The position numbers and the translations under genes are program-made. From contig CP158635.1 in assembly GCA_050273025.1 (NCBI GenBank), forward strand, positions 1,550,001-1,614,000: a DNA stretch of 64,000 bases, written 5' to 3'. Positions 22,726-36,200 of this stretch are shown here, piece after piece. Source of the DNA: Cenococcum geophilum (taxonomy: Eukaryota). A model generated the notes under the pieces. The model saw nothing but the letters and a program-made list of their open reading frames with translations. It did no database searches and had not been told where the DNA came from. How positions within the stretch are numbered: position 1 is the stretch's first letter; each line of letters begins with the position of its first letter.

Positions 22726-25700
22726 AAAACGTAATAAGGTTTTCTAATTTAGGGTTTATCTTAATTCGGTAAAAAGCCTAGCGGATATTAAGCTTTATAA
22801 AGATCTTAGCTCTACTTATTTGGGCTAAAGTCTTATTAAGTAAAGGTAGTGGGTAGCGGTCTTTAAGGGTTAAATTATTAAGTTTATAGTAGTTAATACA
22901 GAAACAAAGTCCTCTATTTAGCTTTTTAGTAAAGAGAATAGGTAAGTTAAAAAGGGCTTAACTAGGCTTAATAAAGCCCTTATCCAGGTTATTAATAAAA
23001 TACTACTTTATAGCCTATAATTCGGCAGTAAATTACTATTAGAGGGGGCTATAGCTAAGGGTAACCACTTTATCCAGCTTAATTTTAATCTTATAGTTAT
23101 ATAGTTAGTAAGGCGGAAGTATATTAAATACTACTTTAAAGAAGGTATTTTTAAATTTCTAGTATTAACAGGGTAGTTTCCGTTTTACTAGCTTATTATC
23201 TATAAACTTGCCTTTTTCTTAGGCTAGGGCTTCTTTCTCTTTAATTATTTAATTAATTTTATATAAGCTAGTTATAAAGGTAACGGTATTAAGCTAAACT
23301 AGGTTCTAGTAGAATCCTATAGCGCTAATATAGTAGATATTAACTGGTAGGAGGTCCGTAGGTTTCTTTATAGATATTTATTAGGCCATATTTTACGGTA
23401 TAGGGTTTATAATCTTCCTTAGCTTACGTTTTATTTTCCATAAGTTATCCTTCTAGTTTATTAGTTTAGTATATTGTTTAATATCCCTAGCCTTTCTTTA
23501 TGGCTACATAGGGCCTAAGTTCTCTATTAGGGACTTAGCTAGGCTACTACTAACTTCCTAAGTCTTTAGTATAGGTAGTATAATATAGGTAGTCTGGGGG
23601 CGGCGTAATATATAGATCTGTTACGGATTAAGCTATATATCCTTCTTAAAAGCCTAGTCCCTACACGTCGTATTGGCCTAGTAAACGGTGTCTATCTACG
23701 GCTATATAAGGTTTTCCATTATAATACTAACCTCTTTTATAAAGGAAGGCGTTAGGGGTATAGTTTTAGGCTAAATAAGCTGCCTATTCCGTATATTAAG
23801 CTATAAGCCTAAATAGGCTAGCTATTTTCTCCTTAAGATTATATTATAGTTTCTAAGGTCCGTAATAAGGAAGGGAATATTATACTACCTTTGTCTATTA
23901 ACGCGGAGGTAGATTTGCAAGATAGTTATAATAGGTAGCCCTATCCGTCCGTTATAACCGTAGATAGGGATTAGTTTAGGCAGTTCTTTAAGGGATATAT
24001 TTAAAAAGTTAGCCAGTTTTACAGCGCACTTTATATAAATTTAAGGTAAAGGTATTTACTCCTAAGTTAGCTAAAGCAGAGGTTAAAACTTAATATCTAT
24101 TACGAAATAAAGTATAAGGGATAGTATAGCTTTTTCTACTAACTAGCTAATCTAGATTGATATATAATATATTAATCCCTTTTAACCCTAATGAAGAGTC
24201 TTCCTTTAAGGTTCCTCTTTTTCCGGCTTTATACTATCCTCCTAAATTAATAAAATCTTAATTATCTTTAGCTTTATTAGGTAGTTCCTTATAGGGTAGC
24301 CTATTTAACCGTATAAGAAATAAGCTCCTTAATCGCTAAGGGCCTATATATAGGGGTCGCTATATATAGGCTAGGTATACACCAGGCCCATAATAGGGGT
24401 AGCTATATAGTTAGCCGCTAAGTTAACTATAGGGGTTGCCAATTATACTAGGGCACTATAGGTCGTACTCGTAGTACTTATAGCCTAGTTTATAAGGTTT
24501 CTAGTTTTTAGCTAATTAGCGCATGCCTTAATTTAATAAAGGCCTTAGTTAATAGCTAGGCAATAGTTTATAAGTTCCTTTAACGTCTATACTATAGTAT
24601 AAGCTAGTAATACGGCCCACTATAGGTTTAGGGTAAGCTTATTAAAGAGGTCTAGTAGTAGGTCTTTCTAGGGGATCTAGGCTTATCCGGCTAGGTATAG
24701 AAAGCGGGTTTAAAAGGCTAAAAAGGTCTCTATTATTTTTATATTTAGGCTTTTATAGCTAAGGCGAGCGTTTTATACTTTAAAAGGGTCTTTATAAATA
24801 GAAGACAAGTATTTAATTATTTCTTCTTTAGAGATAAAGGGGTTTATTAAGTCTTTAGTGTATTACAGGCGTAAATATATCTAAGCGTCTTCGCTAGTAC
24901 GGCTAAAGATATAAGCTATTCTGGCTTAGGCGCTAGGGAAGTAGTTTATATTAACTTTAAGCTTATCCTATAATTAAAGCTTCTAATTATTAAATATAGG
25001 GTTGGTTCCATCTATAAGTAGTAGGGGGTCTATAACCTTTGCTAACCGCTTTAGTACTATATAGGCCTTAGTAGATCTACTAAGGCGCTAAAATAGGGCC
25101 TAAAGGACTATAGCAAGTCTTTAGTTATCTAATAATGACTTATTATTAGATATAGGGGTATCTCTAGCTTTAAGCAGCTCTCGCAGTTATTTAATTTTAG
25201 TATTAGCAGCCATAAGCTCCGCCTAAGGGGTTAAAACATTAATTATTTCTTCGTCTAAAGTATTTAAGGGTCCTATAGCTGCTTTACCTACTACTATATT
25301 TTATAGCATGGTGGTAGGGATATTAGGTAATTCTAAGTAATTTCTTTAGGGGTTCTAGTCTATGCGTGTCTTATAGGTCCTTTCCTTAGGGTTTTATTCT
25401 TTTCTTTTAGGTCCTATCCTTATAGTCCTAATAATATCCTTAAGGTCCTATTCTGTGTTCTTGTCCTATTTATAGTCTTATAGATATATTTAAGTTCCTT
25501 CTTAGGAAGAAAGAGTAAAGAGAGCTTTAGATAATATTAGTAACTTAGTTAATCAAAGTATAGGTATAGCAAAGGGGACGCGCAAGCCTATATAATTAAA
25601 TTGTTTATAAACAAGAATCTAAAGCTAGAGAAAGGAAAGGAGAAGAAGAGTAGCGCCGTTTGGTATTTTATAAGATCTTTACGTTACGTAATCGCAATAT

Positions 25701-26291
25701 GCGGCAATTTATGGCAACTTACTAGTGCGAAGTTCTACTAAGTTCTGCTAAGTTCTGCTAGTGTAACGGAACCTTATAGTAGGTACTACGATAGGCTCGT
25801 TAATAGGCTAGGTATATAGGTAAAGGAATTAAAGTTAACAAAGTAATAATAACTGGTGGAGTGGTTGCCTAACAGATTAACTCTAATTATATTCTAAAAA
25901 TTACTATAAGGAAGGAACTATCTAGGTAGGGACTAAGGGTCCTTAAATATATAACCGTACTTCTATAAAATCCTTCTTATATATAATATATATCTTATAC
26001 ATAAGGTATATAAGTTCCTCTCGTTTCTCTTATTTAATACGTAGTATATTATATAACCTTAGTTACTATTCCTTGTTACATAGTTCTATTAGCTTTATCC
26101 TAGACCATACCTAAATTAACTAACTAGCTTCTTCTGACTCTTCCCTAAGTAGTTATAATATTGTACTTAAAGCATCCGTAATACTATCTCCCTCCTTTTT
26201 ATCTTTATCCTTAAAGATCCTAAATATCTCTAGGTTGTTTACTAGAGGTATAATATCTATCTAATTAATTTAGTTAATATTATTGCTTATT

Positions 26292-26900
26292 ATACCTAAA
26301 GCAATTTCTTCTTTATACGCCCAACGTTATGCTCGCACTATTGCTATAATATTATCTCTTAGTGAGATTATACCGTCTCTATATTCTCGCTATTTAAAAA
26401 AGGGGTTAGTTTATATTACGTTGGCAAACCTATCTTTATAATAACTATTCTTTTACTTAGAGTACACTAAAGCAAATATTTGTTTATCCTATTACATTTA
26501 CTCTACCTCTAATACTAAATATACGCGACTTATTACTTTTAATAGTTATCTAGTTCCCTAATTAATTAATTTTAGGGTCTTATATTTAATCTGCTACTAC
26601 ATAACTAGATAGTAAACTGTCTTAAGCCCTTGCTAAGTTAAAATATTCTTAGAATACGGAACAGAAGGCCTTAGATACTCGTATCGCGGCATCTACTTAT
26701 TTACTCCATCTTAAGAAGGTTTATAAAAAGGTGCGTTTTAAGAAGTAGAAACTTATAAAATAAGGTCTATAAGAACTTAGTAATAAAAAAACGGATTCTC
26801 TTCTAATAGAAAAGGAAATAAATCCAAGTAGTTTAATAACTGCTCTTCTTAGGTCCCCCTTAAGTAACTTATTCTTTAGCAATCCTTTTTTATTAATACT
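26292..26900 (+). pseudogene. Antisense Zn(II)2Cys6-like gene of gypsy C
   Basis: De-RIPed with copy B: MPKAISS..RARTIAAILSLSEIMPSPCSRC..GLVC..SSCSECTKAN....C; probable intron ~26521-26575; end approximate. Confidence 0.6.
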
Positions 26901-29900
26901 GCCTAACCTAATTTCTTCTAATACTTCTATACCTTTCTTATAGCGTTTTTTAAATTCTCTAGTAGCTCCTAGGTAGTTTTAGTATAGCCTATCCACTTAA
27001 CCTTATACTATATTTTATTATTAACGTCCTTATAACTAATAATCTTTAAAACTTACTATTTATCTTCTTCTTATCCTCTATACGTATCTACCTCATAAAT
27101 TAGTGGCTTAATATTCCTATATACTGGCTCTAGCATTATAATATGTTATATAGGGTAGATCTTTATTTTAGCTAGTAGGTTTAACTTAAATATAACCGGT
27201 AAAATCCTTTACTTAATTTTAAAAGGTCCTAGTCTAACGTAGTCTAATTTCTTGCTTAGTCATTAACTTTTAAAATTTTTGTATAGTAACTATACTTTAT
27301 CTCCCTCCTTAAAATCTGGTCCCTTAGATCTCTTAGCATTATAGTACTTTTTTATTCTCTCTTATACTTTTTTTACTAATTCTATAAGGTCTATATAAAG
27401 ATTTATTAACGTCTTTATTCTCTCTTTAGCTATACTACTTATTCTCTTTACTTCTTATAGTAATAACGATATTCTTGGTTTATACCTATAATTTGCCTTA
27501 AATAGTAATATACCTATTCCTTTTTAAGGTGTTACATTATATGCAAACTATATAACTAGTAATAACAATATCTAATTATTCTATACGTGATTAATATAGT
27601 GTCTTAGATACTACTCTAGTATCTAATTTAATCTTTCTGTTTAACCGTCTGTCTGCGGATAATATATAGTGGAAGTTACTGCTTTAACTCCTTATTCCGC
27701 TAAGAATACCTCTTAAAATACTACTATAAATCTTAGATCTCTATCCGATATAATTTTACTTAGTACTCTATATTTTATAAATACTTCTTTAATATAGATT
27801 TTAGCGACATCTTCCGCTAAGATTTCTTCCATATAGGCTATAAAGTATCCCCACTTTATAAGCTTATCTACTATTACTAAGATTACGTTATAATCTTATC
27901 CGGTAATAGGATCTTTTAACTTTAGTAACTTAATAATAAAGTCCTATAATATAACCTCCTATAGTCTCTCTAGTGCTTTAATAGGTTATAGCCCTCTATA
28001 TAGCTTATGCCTCGTTAGTTTATTCCTTTAGTAATCTAAATATTCCCTTATAACTCTTCGCGCTAGTCCCTAGATTCTATTAATAATATACTTCTCTTAG
28101 AGTCTTAACACTAAGCTTATAGCTCTATTATGTCCTTAAGTTATTCCCTTATAAAAATCCTCTATAAATTACTCTACTATGCTCTTTAGGATATACGTTG
28201 CTTCTCGATTCTTATATATATCCATTTATAGATCTTTTAGCTATGCTTTTAGAATCCTTTATACCTAAAAGCTCTTTAGTATCTCGTAAACTCTATCTAG
28301 TTCTTCTTAAGTTACTATAATTTTTTAGATAATTGTACCTAATTAATCCGTCTATATCTTTTCGCAGTAAAGCCCCTAATAGCTTCTTATTATTCTATAG
28401 TTTAGCTTTTTAACTTAGAGCATCTGCCCTTATATTATCTGTACCCTTAGTATACTAAATCTTAAAATAGTATTTTATAAGCATCTCCGCCTATCTAACC
28501 TATCTTTAATTAAGTTCCTTTATTGTTAGGAATCCTATTAGGTTTTTATAGTCCGTCTTAACTATAAATAGTTTCTCTATACCTTATAAGAATGCTCTCT
28601 ATTCCTTTAGTGCTGTAATTATACCTAATAACTCCTTGTTATAAATGTTATAGTTTAACTCTAGTAGTGTTATCTTTTAACTATAGTATGCTACTAGGTG
28701 CTATCTATTTTAATATTTTTATATAAAGTATACCCCTAGTATATAGTCTAATACATTTATTTTATAACCGTTTTTAGTCCTAGTTAATAGATCTTAAGAA
28801 CTAGCTCCTAGGTAAACAACTCTTTAACTTTCTTAAAGAGTTCCCTTTATTCCTCTTCCTATGCCTATAGTTCTTCTTTCTTTATTAACCGCGTAAATAG
28901 TTTAATATCCTTTAACTACTACGCTATAAACCTTCTATAGTAATTATAAAACCCTAGGAACAATTTTAACTACGTAACGTTTTCTAGTTCCTACTAATTT
29001 ACTATAGCCTCAATCTTCTTTAGATCTATACTAAGTTAGCCTAGTTTAATAATAAATTTAACGAAATCTATCTTCCTAGTAAAGAACTTATATTTCTTAA
29101 TTATTACTAGCATCTATTCTTCCTGTAATCTCTTTAAGACTTATTTAATATATTCCCCGTGTTCTTCCTTAGTTATTAAGTAGATAATAATATTGTTAAA
29201 GTATACCATAATAAATTTATCTAAGTATTCTTCTAATATATTATTAATACGCTTCTAAAACGTTGCTAGTATGTTTATAAGCCCAAATTGCATAACTAAT
29301 AGCTTATATAGTTCTTCCTTTAACCTAAAGGCTGCCTTTTATTTATCGCCTTCCTTAATCCTAATCTAATAGTACGCCTATCTCACATCTATCTTCATAA
29401 AGATTTGTGCGTTGCCTATTCTATCTTAGATTTCGCTAATTAAGGGTAAAGGATACCTATCTTTTCTAGTAATGCTGTTTAACTATTTATAGTTAATACA
29501 CAGTCTTAGTTTACTATTCTTCTTTAGTATAAATAGTACTAGATAACCTGCTAATAACTACAATAGTCTAATATATCCCTTTTATAGATTTTCCTAAATA
29601 AACTCTTTTAATGCTCTACCTTTCTCTTCGGTAAGCTTATAGATTAGAAAGAACTTTAGATTTATTCCTAGTTCTAATTCTATTTTATAGTCCCATACTA
29701 TATACTCTAACAGCTTCTTACTTTTTAGTAACTATAGTTTCTTACCATACTTATAGTATTTCTTTAGTACGTAACTTAGTCCCTTTTTTATTTCTTCGTA
29801 GGTTACTCCTACTTAGTACTATACTAACTTAGCCTATTATTATATCTTATAGCGTTAAGTATCTTTAATATTAACCTGACCTGTAATCTAATTAATCCTT

Positions 29901-32900
29901 AGATTATATTCCTATAACTAAGGCATCTTTAATACTGCCTTATTATTTCCTAATAGTAATATATTAAAAGATATCTTAATTTATCTCCCTTTAATAGTTA
30001 ACTGAATAGGTTCTATTTTAAGATTAATAATGCTTCCTCCGTAGGCTATTAGATCTCCTAAAATCGTTACTAATAGGTAAAGTTCCTCCTTTTATCTATA
30101 AGGTAATCCTATTCTCTTAACTGCTGCTAGTAAGATATAGTTTCTTATTGCTCTACTATCTATTAATACCTCAAACTGTTAATCTTGCCACTTAACTTAT
30201 AAATTTAGGTGTCGTCCTTAAATTCCTTTAAGGGTCTAAGGCTCTACTACTAGCTCCCTTTAGTTTTATAGGCCTCTACTTTTCCTAACTACTAGCTGCT
30301 TAATCCTGTTTATACTTAGTCTAATTTAAGCCAATACTTAGTTTGCTTTTTGTCTTTAATATACTATAGATACGTATTCTCTAGGCATTTCCACCACTAT
30401 TATCCGTCTAGGCATTCTTCCGTAAGGAATCTTTCTAGCTAAAGTATTAAGTTACCTAATTCCTAAACTTCTACTAGATGCCAACTATATATATACTTGG
30501 CGTTTTAATACCTCTATTCTTCTGCCAACTAATATATTCTTATAGGATATTTCCGATGCTTATCCTTTAGTGCTTTATGTATATTATATATATTATCTAT
30601 ATATATAATCCACGTTAATGTGTAATATGCTAGGTGCTTTAGGTTAACTCTTAGCTCGTTTTTATCCTTAAGTTTAAACCTTTCTCTTATTGATCTGAAC
30701 GTTGCGACTTTATTTACAGGTACTAAGATACGCCTTTTGCTTCTCTAGTCCTCTAAACGTTCCTCTAGATCTTTTAATATTATAATTAAGGCTCCTTTAA
30801 TGTGATTTATAGCCTTTTCCATAATTAGGTGGTCTTAGATAACTTTCTCGTCTAACTATATATAGAAATCTTCCTACTTATCGTTATGCCTTTGCCTATA
30901 CTACTTTTAGTATAGCTACTAGAGTATATATGGCTTATTCGTAAGGAAATATCTTCTTATTACTGCGTCGTAATAGCCCTTTATATGTCGTTCCTTAAAC
31001 CTAGTTGGAATCCCTAAATCCTCTTTATTTTTTAGTTCGGTAAGTCACTTGGCTCTTAGTATACCTATTCTCGGCCTATTAATGACTCTTTATACCAGCG
31101 CTCTGTCCCTTATACGTCCTAATATACTAGATCTCTTATCTAGTTTCTTTTCTTACTATGCAATAATTCTTGCTCTAAACTCTTCTATGGTTTCTTTTAG
31201 TTTACGCCTTACGCTTAGATCCTCAAAGTTATCTCGCTTCTTAATCTTAGTATTAACTTTTCGATCTTTAGGCTAAACACTATGTTCCTCTAGTAAGTCC
31301 TCTAGGTCTATATACTTGTCTCTTAGTCTAATTGCTATTTATATTGCAGATTCTCTAATCTATTTAATAGTCCTTATTCGTGTCTTAAAGTCTTAGTTCT
31401 ATAGGATTCTTAATCCTAAGCTTGCTTTTAACTTAAGCTTTACTCCTACCTTAGTCCAACTAGGCTTGCTTAGTGTTCTCATCTCGTCTTAAAAGTCTTA
31501 AATCTCACTTATCTCGTCTTAAGAGTCTTATGCCTATAGGAAACTTTATCCCGAGCTTATTCGTATATCTTTAAACTAAGCTACTACTCTGCTCTATTAG
31601 TTTTCGTCTATTATAGGTCCTTAAGCTTACCTTATCTTATTTTAAGAATCTTGGTTATCTCTTATCTTATCTTAAAAATCTTAAGCCTTTAGCCTTTTGC
31701 CTTTATTAAGTGCTAAAGTGGTTTATTATCCTACTTTTTTTACGTCTTGTAAAGCGATAGACATTATATCTAGTGGGGTCTTAATCCCTACTAATGTTCC
31801 CTATTCTATAGTGGAATTATCCTCTACCTCTATTATAACATCTTTAAGGTCTATATACTCCTAATAAGCTGCCTTCGTTACCTTATCGTTATAGAATGTT
31901 TCGCCTACGTCGAACTTATCGTCCTTAATGTCCGATCTGCGAACTGGTTTATTAATTCCTTTATACTTTATAGATTTTGGCTTCTATAGCTAATAGCTTA
32001 CGCTATACTTAGTGTCTTTATAAATTTGGTATATATTATTATAATAAAATGTAAAACTTCTAATTAAACATTCTTTTGTTCCTCGCAGTATATTATTATC
32101 CCTTTATATATATATCTTCTGCTATTAGTCTTATTCCCTTTATTATATAGTAACTCTAACTATATTTATAATCCCTTGCGAAGTAACCCTGTTTTCCGTA
32201 ATTTATATAAGCTCCGTTTTTAAACTATTAACTTTACTGTGGAGTCCGCCTAAATGTCTTCTACTATTAAAATCCCTAGTTTAGCCTCTACTCCTTAGTC
32301 CTGTAATTACTAGATCCTTAACCTCTAGGTTTTTATAGTTTCTTACTTTATCTCTTATAGGCTTCTTTAGTACTACTTAGGTCTATTAGCTTTGCGCCAT
32401 ACCATAATTTCTAACTTAGCTTTTGTCGTTACGTACTCTGCGCCTTATATAACTATAGAACTCTATCCTAACCTCTCTTGGTTTATTCCCTTTAGTAAAT
32501 CCAATTATTAATCTTAATTACTTAATCTATTAACTCCCTTAGGGTATCCGCATCTTCTATTAGGATAATCGCGTCCTAGACTTTAGCCTTAAGTCCTTGC
32601 TTATACTATACTATAAGCGCCCTATTATTCTACTTAACTTATATCGCTAGCGTCTAGAACTGTGTTATATACTTAATTGCTAAAGTTCGTTACGTAATAT
32701 CTTGGAGTTTTTTTTCCGCTATAGTTGTTAATTCCGGGTCTCTAAATATTTGCGTAAGTCGCTCTGCGAATCCCTTCTAGCTTAAGAACATAAATCGCAT
32801 ATCTTAATTAGTGGTCGTTATTCCGTTCGTTTATATCTCCATAAAATAAGGTTTAAACTACTCTAGTGCTTTTCCTAATAGGAATAGTCCTGCATAGGCT

Positions 32901-33211
32901 ATTTAATCTATAGGCGTTAGTAGCTTTGCCCCTTCCTGTAAAACCTTAAAGTATATTTACGTAAGAAATCCTTTAAGTTTTAATCTTTCTTCTAAAAATC
33001 TCTTAATGGATAGTAACTTAACCTTTACTACTCTAATCCCATTAACCCTTTCTTCTAACGCTGCATTGTTAGCTATTAACTAGTTAATTACCTCTTATAA
33101 CTGTCCAACCGTTGTAGGTTACTATAAGTTAGTATCTGCTATACTAGTATCACCTAACCTTAAAGTAGTTGCCGCCGTTAATAGTGTTGTAGTGGCTGCT
33201 TTTAGTGGCAT
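26890..33211 (-). pseudogene. gag-pol relic of gypsy C
   Basis: Collinear with 12017-18380 of element B; ATG at 33211. Confidence 0.9.
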
Positions 33212-36200
33212 GTTGTTCGACTTTTTATATTTAATACTATAATTAGGTAGTGATTGTGTAACGGAACCTTATAGTAGGTACTACAATAAGCTTATTAATA
33301 GGCTAGGTGTATAGGTAAAGGAATTAAAGTTAATAAAGTAATAATAACTAGTGGAGTGGTTGCCTAACAGATTAACTCTAATTATATTCTAAAAATTACT
33401 ATAAGGAAGGAACTATCTAGGTAGGGATTAAGGGTCCTTAAATACACAACCGTACTCCTATAAAATCCTTCTTGTACGTAATATACGTCTTATACGCGAG
33501 GTACGTAAGTTCCTCTCGTTCCTCTTATTTAATATATAGCACATTATATGACCTTAGTTACCATTCCTCGTCACATAGTTCTATCGGCTCTATCCTAAAC
33601 CGTGCCTAAATCAACCAACTAGCTTCTTTCGACTCTTCCCTAAGTAGTCATAATATTGTACTTAAAGCGTTTATAACAGCTAGTGCCGTAATAAAAGGAC
33701 TAGTACTTTACTATAAAGAGTATACTTAAAGACCTAAACCTAAACCTAAACCTAATGTTAACTTTATACCTAATACTAAACCTAAAGCTAAATAAAAATC
33801 TATATAAGAAACTTTAGATAACTTAAGTAAGCTTAATACTTTAAATATTATAAGGGCGTGGAGAGACTTTAGGGAAGATTTAAAGGAATAATACAAATTC
33901 TATCTAAATCTAAGGGTATATAGCTCTTGCTAAGAACAAGACATTACGTAAAGAAGAGAAGGGAATAATAAGGAAATTATATAATTAAATAGTTAGGGGC
34001 TTAGTAGTTAATGCGTGCATATATATAAATACAGTCTTTAATAAACTTTAGTAAAATTCAATTAATCTAACAAAATTTGGTTAAAGCGTTAGAATTTATC
34101 TATTAAGTATTTCACTAAGATATTCCTACTATAACTAGGCTAGTCCTATTATAGTACCCCTCTTTTTAGCTAAGGGTCCAAATAATTTAATTTTAATTAA
34201 GACTTATAACTAGTCGCGTGTTATATTTTCGCATTAGGTAATAGTATAAAGTTTTATTAATTCTATTATTAAATAGGCTAATTAGGATTTTCCATCCCTA
34301 GAATAGAAAATCACTATTAATTTAGTTAAGGCAGTAAGCAAAACTAATATCTTTATAGTAGGTCTTAGCAAGGCAAATCTAACTAATTAAATAACTTTAA
34401 CTAGCGGTTAAAGTTCCTTAATATCTTATATATTATATAATTATATTATAAACGTTATAACGTATTTTAAGTTCTTTTTAATTTTAAGCTTCCTACTATT
34501 ATATTTTGTATATTCGTATTAGGTAGTAGTTATTTACCTTTATATTATATCTATCTAGCTAAAGTAGGCCGTAAAAGATAGTCTTTATAGAATTCTTTTA
34601 CTAGGGAAGGCGTGTTAGTTTTAATCTGGTTATAGGTTTCCTAAGTTTATATTTTATATTCTTCCTACTTAATAAAAAGTTTAAATTATTTAGATTGTGT
34701 TTTTTATTATATATTATTAATTAAGTTAATAAAGTAAGAACTGTTACTGTTATTAATAATTATAGGAGGTAGCGGCGGCACTTTATAAGTTAAAGGTTTA
34801 CCTTTTAAAGGTTATAGCAAGTTTATATAAAATATTAGATATATTTTTATTTTAGTTAATAGTTTAAGCTTATAAGTATACAGGCTTAGTTTTTTTTAAT
34901 TTAGTATAGGCCCACAAACTTTTAGTCTAGTTTCTTTAAGGGTTATTAAGTCTTTAGGTTTTATATATTTAGGTAAACTATATTACCTTTTTTAAAGTCC
35001 TATGCGGGAGCTCGTCCTTTATTTATATGCTATTTCTATACTATTTAAGCGTATACTAATTTACTTTATAATAGTTCCGTTAACTACTTTATTTAATTAG
35101 CAAAGTTATATATATTAATTAGTTAAATCCTCTTAATTATAGGTCCTATTATATTAATTTTAGGTTATAATTTAAATCTAAGTTAAGGGTCTTATCTATA
35201 GGTTGTATAGAATAGCGTTACGCCTATTAATTTGTTTCTTATATTATTTATAGTAAACTTAGCTAAAGGTAGCCACTTTTCCTAGTTATTTTATAGGTAG
35301 AAGTAGTATATTTATAGGTATTATTCTATAATTACGTTTATAATTTTAGTTTAACTATCTATCTCTAGATAAAATATAGTTAAGAGTTATATTTATATAC
35401 TTAATTATTTATATAGGGCTTACTAAAAGTCTAAAATAAACTAGCTTTTATACTTGGATATTATTAAATTAGGAAGTCTGTATAGCTTAAAAATATACTT
35501 AATAAAATATTTAGCTACTAATATTATATTAATTAAGTCTATAGAAATTATATATCGCATTTTTATAAAACGGTTAATACTACTATAATATTTATAAACC
35601 TATTACTATTAGGCAGATTAACTATAAAGTTAATTAAGATATTTCGCTATCTTTATATTAGAATTGGTAATAGTTAAAGTACTCCTTACTTCTTTATATA
35701 AGAGGTCTTCCTATATATATATATTTTATATACTTAACTGTATTTTTATATATAGTTGTATATTATAAGCCAGTAATATACTTATTAGATAATTTTATAG
35801 GTCTTTATATAGCTAGGATGCCCTACTATAGGGGAATTATATATAAATTTAAGTATTTTAAATTATAAGGGTTTAGAGTTTAGGACTACTATCTTCTATT
35901 AATAGTATAATTAATTATTATAGATTTTGTATTTAGTGAGTATAATATTCTTATATTACCATTTCCCTATTTAAATTACTTTTATTATATTTACTATCTA
36001 GGGGTTATTCTTATATTTATACTCTATTAATTTATTAATTTCTAATTTATTTCTATTAAGCTCCGCGTTTAAAAATATAGGGTATAGTTTCTTAAAGCGT
36101 TTAGGGGGTAGTAGAATTTATAATTAATTTATAATCCGTTTATTAGAGGCGTTTATAAATAAGTTTTATAATTATTATATTAATAAGTTAGGCTTTTAAT

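Larger units (their letters stand above)
25762..33678 (-). mobile_element. Full-length Ty3/gypsy chromovirus C (same family as B, inverted)
   Basis: 422-bp LTRs at 25762-26183 and 33257-33678; TSD GCTAG (25757-25761, 33679-33683); internal region is the reverse complement of B without the 2.5-kb insert. Confidence 0.95.
22726..33693 (-). mobile_element. Ty3/gypsy D, 5' part (LTR, gag, protease, start of RT); LTR split by element C, RT cut by element A
   Basis: Minus strand: ALANLGVNT = ADSGANT protease (~24070); RT motifs PLY (~23045), FCINYYKLN (~22900), KIFIKLNIR*AFYRI (~22800). Probable LTR 25535-25761 plus 33684-33693. Confidence 0.8.

Noticed and set aside
33739..33765. Telomere-like (CCTAAA)n
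   Set aside because: Only 3-4 units inside gypsy J pol; most simply RIPed CCTGAA (Pro-Glu) codons.
34277..34350. Hammerhead ribozyme at the shared hairpin
   Set aside because: A CUGANGA...GAAA core could not be reconstructed convincingly even allowing for RIP.
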